Shown: positions 8,876-18,225, counted from the first letter of the stretch. The stretch is DNA of 32,000 bases from Desulfocapsa sulfexigens DSM 10523 (GCF_000341395.1 NC_020305.1:1-32000), one strand, 5' to 3'. Notes: generated by a model not told the origin, from the sequence alone. Numbers and translations are program-made.

Positions 8876-10559
8876 AATGAAAATAGCAATTATATTCCCA
8901 CCAATTTTTGACCCTTCAATGCCATACTTGGCACCTTTTCAGCTGAAATCTTACATAAAAAAGCGTAGACCTTCATGTGAAATAGATGTCTGCGACCTAA
9001 ACATTCTTTTCTTTAATAGCATTGTAAATAACCCATACAAAAATTTTAACTACAGTTTAAACAATACCTCGTCATATGAATCAATTATTACATGTGAAAG
9101 CAGTATCACAAGCGCGTTATCTAATTGGTCTCAAACCCATGGCGTTGAAATAACAAGACAAAGTGCTGACTATTTTTTTGATACCAGCAATTCTGAAGGC
9201 TATGAATCATTTTTAGAAAATACGACACCATTTGAAAACTACCTAAGCAACCTTATAATCAATCATATTGACATTCCAAAATATGATCTTTTCTTCTTCT
9301 CTATTACTTCTTATGAACAGCTCCTCCCCTCTTTAATCCTGTCTAAAATTGTAAAGTCGATGAACAAAACGACGAATATTTGCCTTGGGGGAAATATTAT
9401 ATCAAGAATTTTCAAAGGGCTCCTTAATAGTCCCCTGCTAACTTCTATTGATTTCCTTGTCATTAAAGAAGGAGAACTACCTAGCGTAAATCTTGTCGAT
9501 TATCTATCAAATCGTAAGCCTGGTAACCTAACCAATAGTCTCATTGAAGTTTCAACCAAAAAAGTTATCGACAGAACTCAGAAATCTAAAATTTTTGAAA
9601 TAGACCAAATTCCTACTATTGAATTTAACGAAGAAGAGTTAGGCTTATATTTCTCACCTGAACCTGTGATACCAATTTCATTGGCTAGGGGTTGCAGCTG
9701 GGGAAAGTGTTCATATTGCGGCATTCACACGGTATGGGGTTCCGGATATCGAACAAAGCTCCCCATTAAACTTGCTAATGAAATTGAGAATCACAAAAGA
9801 AGGTATTCAACTAATAATTTCCGCTTAATTGACGAATCTCCTGCAATCAAAGACCTACTTAAACTCTCCGACGAACTAATCAGTAAAAACCTTGAAGTCA
9901 ACATCGAAACTTATTTAAACCTAAGCTCAGCACTTTCAGATCGAGAAACAACAAATACACTTTACGAAGCAGGATTCAACCAGCTATTTCTTGGAATTGA
10001 AAGTTTGAACAAGGAATTATTGACAGAAATTGGTAAATCCATAAATCACCCCAACCGGTATGCTGATTTACTTGAAAGTACACACGAAGCAGGGATATCA
10101 AACTATTCCTTCCTTATGGTTGGCCTACCTAATGATTCAATCAATAATGAATTAGAAGTTGAGAAGTTTGTACTTTCAAATAGTGACATTGATACAATAG
10201 CTATTTCAAGCTTTATACCACTCAGCAACTCACCAATGTATTCAGACATCAGCTTTCAATCCAAACACGGTATCAAGTTTACACCCAGGGGGCCATTGAC
10301 AACTAGGTGTGATTACAAAACAAATAACAGAGACGTCAGTGAAGAAACCAATAATAGAGCCAAGGCAATGGCTAATCGGATCTTCATAGGACGAAGAGAT
10401 CTCTGCCTCTCTAGCAATATCCCCTATGAATCCCGGTTTTATTTAATCAATAAATTTGGAAACAATTGCTTTAAGGACTTAGCAAAAGCCACCAGTTTCA
10501 GTTTTAATGAACCTCTGATAAGTACAGAGCTAGACGGCAGGCTTACTGGCCTAAAATAA
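8865..10559 (+). CDS. B12-binding-domain radical SAM protein (564 aa)
   Basis: N-terminal IIFPPIFDPSMPYLAPFQLKSYI (B12-binding-like). Radical SAM cluster ARGCSWGKCSYCGIH, later FLGIESLNKELL and FLMVGLPND. Confidence 0.9.
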   Translation: MTSKMKIAIIFPPIFDPSMPYLAPFQLKSYIKKRRPSCEIDVCDLNILFFNSIVNNPYKNFNYSLNNTSSYESIITCESSITSALSNWSQTHGVEITRQSADYFFDTSNSEGYESFLENTTPFENYLSNLIINHIDIPKYDLFFFSITSYEQLLPSLILSKIVKSMNKTTNICLGGNIISRIFKGLLNSPLLTSIDFLVIKEGELPSVNLVDYLSNRKPGNLTNSLIEVSTKKVIDRTQKSKIFEIDQIPTIEFNEEELGLYFSPEPVIPISLARGCSWGKCSYCGIHTVWGSGYRTKLPIKLANEIENHKRRYSTNNFRLIDESPAIKDLLKLSDELISKNLEVNIETYLNLSSALSDRETTNTLYEAGFNQLFLGIESLNKELLTEIGKSINHPNRYADLLESTHEAGISNYSFLMVGLPNDSINNELEVEKFVLSNSDIDTIAISSFIPLSNSPMYSDISFQSKHGIKFTPRGPLTTRCDYKTNNRDVSEETNNRAKAMANRIFIGRRDLCLSSNIPYESRFYLINKFGNNCFKDLAKATSFSFNEPLISTELDGRLTGLK

Positions 10560-10820
10560 CAAGATAAATAAATCTACGGAAAATAGAGTTGTTAACTGTT
10601 CAGCCGCAATCGCATAGCACTATATTTTGTAAACAGGAGCGTTAGGATTACAATTTAAGTTTAAATCATGTGTTTCTTCCAAATAACCATTCTATTTTAC
10701 CTTTCGTTATCTTAAGGTAAGGTCTCTGCGTAGGCACTGTCTTCAAATCTAAATCATCCTTCATACAAGCCTTCCAATGCAATTGATATTCATCTTGATA
10801 TTCCACTCCTATTATGTTCT

Positions 10821-10880
10821 ATGATTTATATGCCAACAATATCAACAATCAGAAGAATGATAAAAGGTGTATAAATGATA
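10821..10880 (+). promoter_or_regulatory. Dispersed element E, copy 3, directly upstream of and overlapping the parA start
   Basis: ATGATTTATATGCCAACAATATCAACAATCAGAAGAATGATAAAAGGTGTATAAATGATA, homologous to 2001-2060 and 3179-3228. Confidence 0.7.
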
Positions 10881-11507
10881 GTGGCAATAGTTAACCAAAA
10901 AGGCGGCACGGGCAAAACCACGATAGCCGTCAACCTCGCTTTTGGAACCGCTAACGCAAAATATCCTACCGCCCTGGTCGATGCCGATACCCAGGCAACC
11001 TGTCTCCATTTTTATGGTAACCAGGACATAGAAAACCTTACCGTCTGTTCTGCCGGTGATGATGTCCGGGAAACGGTGCAACAGTTGAGCAAGGATCACC
11101 GCTTTGTTTTTATAGACACAGCCCCTCACGATAACGATTCCATGTACCTTGCCATGGTCACTGCTGATCTGATAATCATCCCCACCAGACCACGGCCCTT
11201 TGATCTTCACTCCTCGGAAAAGGTAGTGGAGATGCTCCGGAGTATCGAGAACGAGTATGGCTACACGCCCTGCTATTTCCTCCTCAATCAAGTAAAACAC
11301 GGTACCATTCTCGGCAGGGAAACCCTGGATTATATCCAGCACAACTTTGAACTGCCTGTCCTGAAAACCCAGATCCATGATTATGAGATTTACGGACAGG
11401 CGCCATTATCCGGACAATCCGTATTCCTCTACGCACCCAAGCATAAAGCAGCTCAAGAGTTGAGAAACCTGCTGCGAGAGATGAACAAAATATACAAATC
11501 TCAATAA
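10875..11507 (+). CDS. parA: ParA-family partition ATPase (210 aa)
   Basis: MIVAIVNQKGGTGKTTIAVNLA (deviant Walker A), FVFIDTAPHDND, LIIIPTRP. Confidence 0.92.
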   Translation: MIVAIVNQKGGTGKTTIAVNLAFGTANAKYPTALVDADTQATCLHFYGNQDIENLTVCSAGDDVRETVQQLSKDHRFVFIDTAPHDNDSMYLAMVTADLIIIPTRPRPFDLHSSEKVVEMLRSIENEYGYTPCYFLLNQVKHGTILGRETLDYIQHNFELPVLKTQIHDYEIYGQAPLSGQSVFLYAPKHKAAQELRNLLREMNKIYKSQ

Positions 11508-11611
11508 TGATATATGACACATAAATATTATATATGTTTTATGGCATTTAAAACCCAACTATGATATATAAAATATAAATCATTCATATAATTATAGACA
11601 GGAGGTAATCC

Positions 11612-11881
11612 ATGGGCTTGCTCGACAGCACAGTGATGAAGCAGAAAAAACCAATCAGCAAGAGCAGTGAAGAAATATTAGCTGCCAGGCGTAAAACCAC
11701 TCCGACTGTAAAAGGCAAGGCCGGGAGACCTGCCAAGTACCCAAGAGATGAAAACACCAAGCGCATGAATGTGTTTATCCCTGGTGATATCCACAAACAG
11801 CTCAGACAGGCGAGTGTCGATTTGGATGCTTCGATGAATGAAATTATTGTTGATGCTTTACTGGCAAAGTTCAAGAAGTGA
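11612..11881 (+). CDS. Small ribbon-helix-helix-like partition partner or regulator (89 aa)
   Basis: GRPAKYPRDENTKRMNVFIPGDIHKQLRQASVDLDASMNEIIVDALLAKF. Position immediately after parA is typical of a ParG-type partner. Confidence 0.65.
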   Translation: MGLLDSTVMKQKKPISKSSEEILAARRKTTPTVKGKAGRPAKYPRDENTKRMNVFIPGDIHKQLRQASVDLDASMNEIIVDALLAKFKK

Positions 11882-12101
11882 GGCACAGGGGGGACAATAA
11901 GATCCTGGCTACTATTGAACAAGTGGAGTGGGCCAGAAACATACTCTCCATACCGATACTATAACGAATATGCGGCGGAACACTTTAGAGAAGAAATTTA
12001 ACAAAAACATATTTGTTTAGGTTTTTATTTTTAACACAAGAGAAATATGTTGAATATTATTTTACAACATGAAAAATTCACATCAACAGTTACATGTATC
12101 T

Positions 12102-14786
12102 TTACGACTCGTTCGTATCGTGTGCAGGTTTAAGATTAAACCTGCCATGATCGTGTTTGTAACACACTATTTCAGCACGTAATTGATCACCCGCATCAAA
12201 CTCTTCAAGTAATAACGCGCCAGCATCTTTAAGTTTATTAAATTCAGAAATGTGTATCAAGCCAGTGCCTTCAATACCAAATTCAACGAACAGGCCGTAT
12301 TTCTTTATCCCTGTTACCTGGCAGTCAACTACTCTACCAGGAGGATATTTTTTTTGTAATGTTTCCGTATCAGAAGTACTACTTGCCTTCTCTTTTAGTT
12401 TTTGGACATATTCTTTTGGTTCTGTAATATTGCAAAAATCATGAATTCTCTCTTCTGCTAATATAGCTTCAGGGTTTGCCAGATAACTATCTTTATATTC
12501 TTCTAAGTAAGATAGCAAAACTGAGGCATTATCAACTGATGAAGAGTATGACATGTGTCCTTTACCTTTACTCCCAATTAATCTATCTGCTATATCTTCC
12601 GCAATGCGTGCATCTTTAAACCATACATCTTCAGAACACGTTGAAAGGTAATCTAAATTTATGAGTAAATCCAGATGGACATGTCCAGATGGAGCAATTG
12701 AAATAAGGTCATCAATTGAAAATTGATTGATGTTTTGAGACTCAGTTGATATACATCCCGCCTTGATTAGTTCAGATATTTCATCAGATAACCTTCTTTC
12801 GTCATGCCCATATGCTACTAGTTCATTAATGATTGTCGCGGTTTTATGATACCCAAGCATCCCGCTTGGACCTTTAGTTCGATATTTTTTCTTTAACCAA
12901 GATAAAACTGACAACCTCGCAAAAGGATCTGGTATTATATCTTCTGGAAAAGATGCAAAAATATTTTTAACGAGGCTGTTAGCATCATTGTAGTACCTTC
13001 TGTTCCCGCGAAAAAGAACCCTGGTAACGATATGCTTTGGTAAAACATAATCACCCTTTGCATGCCTTATTTTAAATATCTGGTCTTCATGAATGTGTCC
13101 ACTTTTGCAAAAATCAAGAAAAATTTCCAACCCTTTTCTGATATTTGACCCAGCAATTCCTGAAACTATTCGCCTAAAAAGTGCATCATTTTGGAATAGT
13201 GAACGCAAAATACAAGCTAAATAATATGCTTGTTCAGATTGTGGATATTCAACTCGAAATCCATTTGGAAGAACATAGGACAATGAATTCTCTTTCTCCG
13301 TATCCATTTCAGCGAGAGCAAGTTTGACTCTCTTGTAAAGAACATCCATGAATAGTGGCGCATCAATTCGGAAGACTAAATCTTTGATGACTGTATCTAG
13401 TGGTGGTTCTGTTCTGTGGTGATCATATGTGGTGTCACGGATAGGTAGAAATACTAGACATCTACATGTTTTTTGGAGCCATTTCGCTACATCAAACATT
13501 AGCAATTGGTCGTCTCGATTCCGTTTGTCACTATTATCAAGTGACACAATTAATAACTTTTGTCTCTCAGCACAAAAATGGCGAATACATGCATTCATAG
13601 TTGCATCTGTATCACCTTGCACTCTGATCAACTCATCCGCCAAAAGGCTTTTATATTTGTCTGAATACTCGTCAAAATAGGCCCCAGCACCTTTTTTAAT
13701 TTTATTAAGCTCAACACTATATAATTTTTCTAAAAAAGGTAGACTGTCGAAATCAATATCAGCGTTATGGTTCCTGAATTCATTAATTATCTCATTCTCC
13801 AACCAAGAATAAATCACCCCTCTTGAAAGAGGTGCCAGATTCATATTAATGGATATCCACACAGTTGATTCTTTAATTTCTTCAGGTAAGGAGACTTCCC
13901 TTAGATAATCAATGAATGTTGATTTTCCGCTCCCAACACCTCCAATAAGAACTAATAATTGGTGGTGAAGTTTGTCGTTTGGTGTAAGAGTTCTCAACAG
14001 TTCACTTGGGTCTGTCGTTGAAATTTGATGAGCATCTGTGATACTTGGCGGATTTGCTGCGCGGATTATTTTGTCAATCGGATCTACATGTCTGAGGCGC
14101 CTTGTTGATTTTACATAAGCTTTCTTAACAATGTTTTTTCTTTCCTCCTCTGATTCAGGGTTGAACAAATGCCGATACTCAAGTGCCAAAGTATTACCAA
14201 ACGAATTTAGCTTCACTTCCTCATTTCTTACTGATCGTCCTCCTATAATGTTTGTAGGTCTCTTAAATTGAACATTGCCTCTCAATTTTTTTTGTTCTAC
14301 ATCAGAGAATTTTTCTAAATTTACCTTACAACCAAATGTAATCAATTTTGCGAGATTTGGATGAGATGCGTCTATTTCAGTATTAGAAATTTCTAGTAAT
14401 ATTGAACTGTCATCCCATGAGCCACAAATTGTACGTAATGAATTCGTTGCGATTAATTTCTGACAAGGATTAAAATGAGAAGGAAAAAGTGAATTTATTT
14501 CACCTGCATATAGCCTTGCTTCACGAATAGCCTCTTCAAGGTTGTTATCCTCTGGATGTTTTGCTTCAATTACAAGAACAGGAAGGCCGTGTAAGATAAC
14601 TATATAGTCCGGATAGTATAGTTTTTTTGCCCTTCCCTTGTCTATTTCAAGCTGCCTAATATCTGGCTTGGTTCTAAAGTCGCATGAAGAGTATCCTAAC
14701 CCAACAGGTTGACTATTAGTAAGTAGTGGAAGAATGAACTTCTGCTCGACATCGCTTTCATTCTTTATATCTTTCTCAGAAATCAT
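12102..14786 (-). CDS. HsdR-N-like PD-(D/E)xK nuclease + P-loop NTPase + C-terminal S1 domain (894 aa), candidate defence protein
   Basis: N-terminus: LYYPDYIVILHGLPVLVIEAKHPE. Centre: LLVLIGGVGSGKSTFIDYL with candidate Walker B KLLIVSLDNSD. C-terminus: PPGRVVDCQVTGIKKYGLFVEFGIEGTGLIHISE. Confidence 0.75.
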   Translation of the reverse strand: MISEKDIKNESDVEQKFILPLLTNSQPVGLGYSSCDFRTKPDIRQLEIDKGRAKKLYYPDYIVILHGLPVLVIEAKHPEDNNLEEAIREARLYAGEINSLFPSHFNPCQKLIATNSLRTICGSWDDSSILLEISNTEIDASHPNLAKLITFGCKVNLEKFSDVEQKKLRGNVQFKRPTNIIGGRSVRNEEVKLNSFGNTLALEYRHLFNPESEEERKNIVKKAYVKSTRRLRHVDPIDKIIRAANPPSITDAHQISTTDPSELLRTLTPNDKLHHQLLVLIGGVGSGKSTFIDYLREVSLPEEIKESTVWISINMNLAPLSRGVIYSWLENEIINEFRNHNADIDFDSLPFLEKLYSVELNKIKKGAGAYFDEYSDKYKSLLADELIRVQGDTDATMNACIRHFCAERQKLLIVSLDNSDKRNRDDQLLMFDVAKWLQKTCRCLVFLPIRDTTYDHHRTEPPLDTVIKDLVFRIDAPLFMDVLYKRVKLALAEMDTEKENSLSYVLPNGFRVEYPQSEQAYYLACILRSLFQNDALFRRIVSGIAGSNIRKGLEIFLDFCKSGHIHEDQIFKIRHAKGDYVLPKHIVTRVLFRGNRRYYNDANSLVKNIFASFPEDIIPDPFARLSVLSWLKKKYRTKGPSGMLGYHKTATIINELVAYGHDERRLSDEISELIKAGCISTESQNINQFSIDDLISIAPSGHVHLDLLINLDYLSTCSEDVWFKDARIAEDIADRLIGSKGKGHMSYSSSVDNASVLLSYLEEYKDSYLANPEAILAEERIHDFCNITEPKEYVQKLKEKASSTSDTETLQKKYPPGRVVDCQVTGIKKYGLFVEFGIEGTGLIHISEFNKLKDAGALLLEEFDAGDQLRAEIVCYKHDHGRFNLKPAHDTNES

Positions 14787-15009
14787 TCAATTTCCCTCGA
14801 TTAAGCCTATTAATTGTTCATTTGGCAGTTTCAAAGTATACTAGCAATACAGTCATATCCATATATTCACATACATATGCCACAACATTCGAAGTCAACA
14901 TATTTCCAACTCTCTATTTTAATCCAAAACAAAGATATTGAGGATATAGACTGAGTTGGTAATACGGAAATAATGAATTAATTATTCCACTAGTTACATA
15001 TTCAAACAT

Positions 15010-16305
15010 TTAAACATCCTCCCCCAGCCGCTCCCCAATAAAAACAGCTAACATCCCCTCAACCATTCCAGGGGTCACCCCTGCCTCATCATATCGTTTC
15101 AGCACAATCGTGTTGCCGGTCGCCACTAGGTTCTCGCGGAATTCAGCCAAAAAAGCTTCTCTCTCCCCTTCCCCCATGGATTCATACCGTGACATGGCAA
15201 GTTCCTGTTTCTGCCTTTTTTCGGCTTCCTGGCCATCTTCCTGCTGTTTTTTAGCTATCCTCTCCTGGATAACAGCTTTTTGCTGTACTTCATACTCCAC
15301 TTCAATAATTGATTCCTGCGGCTTCCATCCCTCTTCAATGGCCTTCCTGGCAATGCCTCCGACACTCTCCACCTTCTGGCCGCGCTTTCGCACCTTGTTT
15401 ATATATTCTCTTGCCATCTGCAAGGCCGCCTTAATGTGATCATGGCCGTACTCTTCCACCAGCTCCTGTGCTTTTTTCTCGGGAGAAATACCGAACTCCA
15501 TGATCAGAATATCTTCCATGGAGGTCTGCCCTCCCCTGTCACTTATTCCTGGAAGCTCCATCTGCTGATAGCGTTTATTTTTGCTCCAGGTAAACTCAAT
15601 CTCCTGTACCTTCCGTCCCTTCTTGATCTGGATAAAATCAAATTGAACATCGGTCTTGGCGGCTATATCCTTTTTGGCTGGCAACAGAACTTTTGATTTA
15701 AAATGACCAAACAGCCGGTATGTTCCTTCGGGAATGGCCAGATATTCACGGAGCCAGGAAAGCTCAACTCTTGCAGATTTGCGGTGATCCACATTGGCAA
15801 GCCCCTGGTTGTACTTGATGAACTGATAAATTCGCAGGGAGTAGTGATTTCTTAGACGAATGACCGCCCTTGCTTCTCCAAGGGTGGTGAAATTACCTTT
15901 CAGGGCAAGAAGAAACGGTTTGAGGGTCGGGTCAAAGCGTAATTCAACACACCCTTTCCCTGGGATAATAGAGGCGGAAGAGCACCAGGTGGTTTTGTCG
16001 ATCCGGCCATCTGCCTTTTCATCCGGATTGATCCAGCGAATAACCTTCTTCAGCAGCCCTTCTGTGGCCTCATCAAAACGAGCATAGAGATCATTGCGGC
16101 TGCCCCCCATGATATTGCAGAGTTCCCTGATGGATATCCGGTAGGGCTTGAAATCCTTATCACCTCGTTGGATCAGCGACAGCATATAGAGCACCAACCG
16201 CTGTTCGTTAATCTTCAATTGCGGCCATTGTGCTTCTATGAGCAGATCATTAGAGGCAGCTATCAGACCACCGCCCTCTTCCTTTTTGATCACCTCGTCA
16301 GTCAA
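15010..16305 (-). CDS. Rep_3-family plasmid replication initiator (431 aa)
   Basis: LKINEQRLVLYMLSLIQRG...YRISIRELCNIMG, LRNHYSLRIYQFIK, SWLREYLAIPEGTYRLFGHFKSKVLLPAKKDI. Iteron array immediately upstream. Confidence 0.88.
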   Translation of the reverse strand: MTDEVIKKEEGGGLIAASNDLLIEAQWPQLKINEQRLVLYMLSLIQRGDKDFKPYRISIRELCNIMGGSRNDLYARFDEATEGLLKKVIRWINPDEKADGRIDKTTWCSSASIIPGKGCVELRFDPTLKPFLLALKGNFTTLGEARAVIRLRNHYSLRIYQFIKYNQGLANVDHRKSARVELSWLREYLAIPEGTYRLFGHFKSKVLLPAKKDIAAKTDVQFDFIQIKKGRKVQEIEFTWSKNKRYQQMELPGISDRGGQTSMEDILIMEFGISPEKKAQELVEEYGHDHIKAALQMAREYINKVRKRGQKVESVGGIARKAIEEGWKPQESIIEVEYEVQQKAVIQERIAKKQQEDGQEAEKRQKQELAMSRYESMGEGEREAFLAEFRENLVATGNTIVLKRYDEAGVTPGMVEGMLAVFIGERLGEDV

Positions 16306-16383
16306 AGCAATACACCCTATTTACTTGTTAATTGTATGATTCTACTGTATCAGTAACACTTAAATACCGATGCTATCACCTGT

Positions 16384-16708
16384 CAAGAAAATAGTGATAG
16401 TTAGTTTCTGCACATCCGAGAATGGTGATAGTTAAGAAAGAATCAGGGAGTAATTACCCTCCAATCATTACGCTAATGGGCACATCCGAGAATGGTGATA
16501 GTTCATCCGAATTCGGTGATAGTTGAGAAAGAGTAAAGCAAACAATGCCCCTGTAACCCTTACTGGCAAGTACTTTACTGCCTATGTGTTCTCAATATCC
16601 ATTCCCCCGAGAATAGTGATAGTTCATCCGAGAATGGTGATAATAACTCCGAGTTTAGTGATAGTTCATCCGAGTTTGGTGATAGTTAGTCCGAGAATGG
16701 TGATAGTT
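16384..16708. repeat. Iteron array (origin of replication), consensus TCCGAGAATGGTGATAGTT with 21-bp period
   Basis: Copies at about 16384 (diverged), 16415, 16485, 16506, 16606, 16627, 16648, 16669, 16690. The last five are spaced exactly 21 bp, as are 16485/16506. AT-rich tract at about 16709-16790. Confidence 0.92.
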
Positions 16709-16857
16709 TGAGCAAAATATTCTTTATTTTTCATGTAATTACGTCACCTGTAATAACAACAAATAATACAAATATAAAAACAACAACATGGTCGGCAAGC
16801 CGCCCGCTCTTTTTGCTGTCTGTTTTTTTATTTTTATAAATCAACAAAGGAGAGACA

Positions 16858-17079
16858 ATGGGACCACTAGGGGAACAATGTAAAAGGTGCTATTTCTTTG
16901 AAGAAGATGATTCAAGTAAAGTGTTTGGTCTGGGAGTGTGTATGAGGTTTCCTCCAGCAACACCCCCAGAAAATGATTTACGTCGTCCTGATGAGCCTGA
17001 AGTAGGAAGACATCCCTGGCGGCCAACAGTTGTACATAGGGAGAGGTGGTGTGGCGAATACAAAATTGGTGATAAATGA
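16858..17079 (+). CDS. Small Cys-rich protein (73 aa; CxxC ... C ... WCGE)
   Basis: EQCKRCYFFEED...GVCMRFPPATPPENDLRRPDEPEV...RERWCGEYK. Strong SD (aaaggagagacaATG). Confidence 0.7.
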   Translation: MGPLGEQCKRCYFFEEDDSSKVFGLGVCMRFPPATPPENDLRRPDEPEVGRHPWRPTVVHRERWCGEYKIGDK

Positions 17080-17097
17080 TAATCTTGAACAGTATAG

Positions 17098-17616
17098 TCA
17101 ATTAGTCCATCTCAGAACCTTCTTTCCCTGAGTAATAACATTCTCCAGCTTGAAGGAATCAGATCCAGCGCACCAGTCATGAGTTTTCTTCCCCCCGTTA
17201 TATCCATCAACAGCCAGGCCATTCTTCACCAGGATGGCCCCCAGGTCTTTCCCGTCAAATTCTACGTCGGCAATGATCCTGAAATACTTCCCCCGGCCAA
17301 CTTTGTGGAGATTGATCTGTTTTGCTGACCTAAGCAGAGAGCGAACCATTTTTTTAGCCTGTCGGGCTTTTTCCAGTTCAGCCGGACATCCTGCTTTCAT
17401 TTCTGGAGTATCGATCCCCCTGATCCGGATCATCATGTCGCTACCTATGATAGGATGAACTCCTGGAATGTTTACGGTGATAGTATCCCCATCATAGTTT
17501 TTCACATAATGTACGCCTTTAAAACTACCGTAAGTGTGATCCTTTTTTGCTCCGTTAACACTTATTGGTAGAAAAACGAGGGCTAATAGAAAACAAACAA
17601 ACTTTACTGTGCGCAT
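17098..17616 (-). CDS. Exported SNase-like (thermonuclease family) nuclease (172 aa)
   Basis: Signal peptide MRTVKFVCFLLALVFLPISVNG. VKNYDGDTITVNI, IRIRGIDTPEM, GKDLGAILVKNGLAVDGYNGG. Confidence 0.88.
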   Translation of the reverse strand: MRTVKFVCFLLALVFLPISVNGAKKDHTYGSFKGVHYVKNYDGDTITVNIPGVHPIIGSDMMIRIRGIDTPEMKAGCPAELEKARQAKKMVRSLLRSAKQINLHKVGRGKYFRIIADVEFDGKDLGAILVKNGLAVDGYNGGKKTHDWCAGSDSFKLENVITQGKKVLRWTN

Positions 17617-17673
17617 ATATTATGTTACCATTTTAGTATAGATGTTTTAAAAAACCATCAAGAAGGGGCTCAA

Positions 17674-18111
17674 ATGAGACATTACAGCACGATTCTAAGG
17701 GAAGAAAGGGAAAAAGCCGATTTGTCACGAAGGGCTGTAGCGAAGGTTGCAGGTATCTCCGAGGGGCACTTGCGTTTTCTGGAAAGAGGGGATCGGGATA
17801 CAAAACCGGCAACTCTTCGTAAGTTGGCCCTGGCTATCGGCATAGATGAGCGGGAGTTGATGGAGTCCTGGTTAAAGGAAAATATGCCGGCAATGGATTA
17901 TTCCGATCTGGCTGCACGTCTTCCAAAAGGAATTGATGTGGCCCAGCTCGAAGAAATGTATCAGATTCCGGAGGCAAAACAGATTCTTCAGGAAGCGGAG
18001 CTGATCACGGCGAGTCAATTCAAGAATATCAGTGCCTCTGAGTTGTTCAGGATCCGAGGGGCTCTCCGCAACTGCCTTGGTTTTATCCGTGAACTTGAGA
18101 ACAACACGTAA
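17674..18111 (+). CDS. XRE-family HTH transcriptional regulator (145 aa)
   Basis: LREEREKADLSRRAVAKVAGISEGHLRFLERGDRDTKPATLRKLALAIGI. Confidence 0.85.
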   Translation: MRHYSTILREEREKADLSRRAVAKVAGISEGHLRFLERGDRDTKPATLRKLALAIGIDERELMESWLKENMPAMDYSDLAARLPKGIDVAQLEEMYQIPEAKQILQEAELITASQFKNISASELFRIRGALRNCLGFIRELENNT

Positions 18112-18225
18112 TAATTGATATTATTCTTGTTTGAAATGTATCATTATGTTAGGAAAAAGTTTGAATAAAGTGGCGTCCACATATAAGATATTGGAAGTCA
18201 TTTTCATTGAAATGGAGAATTTTGA

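Noticed and set aside
9691-9738. Sequencing indel explaining the Cx4C spacing of the radical SAM motif
   Set aside because: A single extra residue requires a 3-bp in-frame change, and the local frame and protein context are intact; CxWGxC-type motifs are known in B12-rSAM proteins.
16384-16708. CRISPR interpretation of the TCCGAGAATGGTGATAGTT repeats
   Set aside because: Period is 21 bp with almost no spacer, variable central bases, and location next to a Rep_3 gene; classic iterons.
16841-17101. ORF 16841..17101 (-) as a gene
   Set aside because: Antisense to the Cys-rich ORF, which has a strong ribosome-binding site and conserved-looking cysteine pattern.
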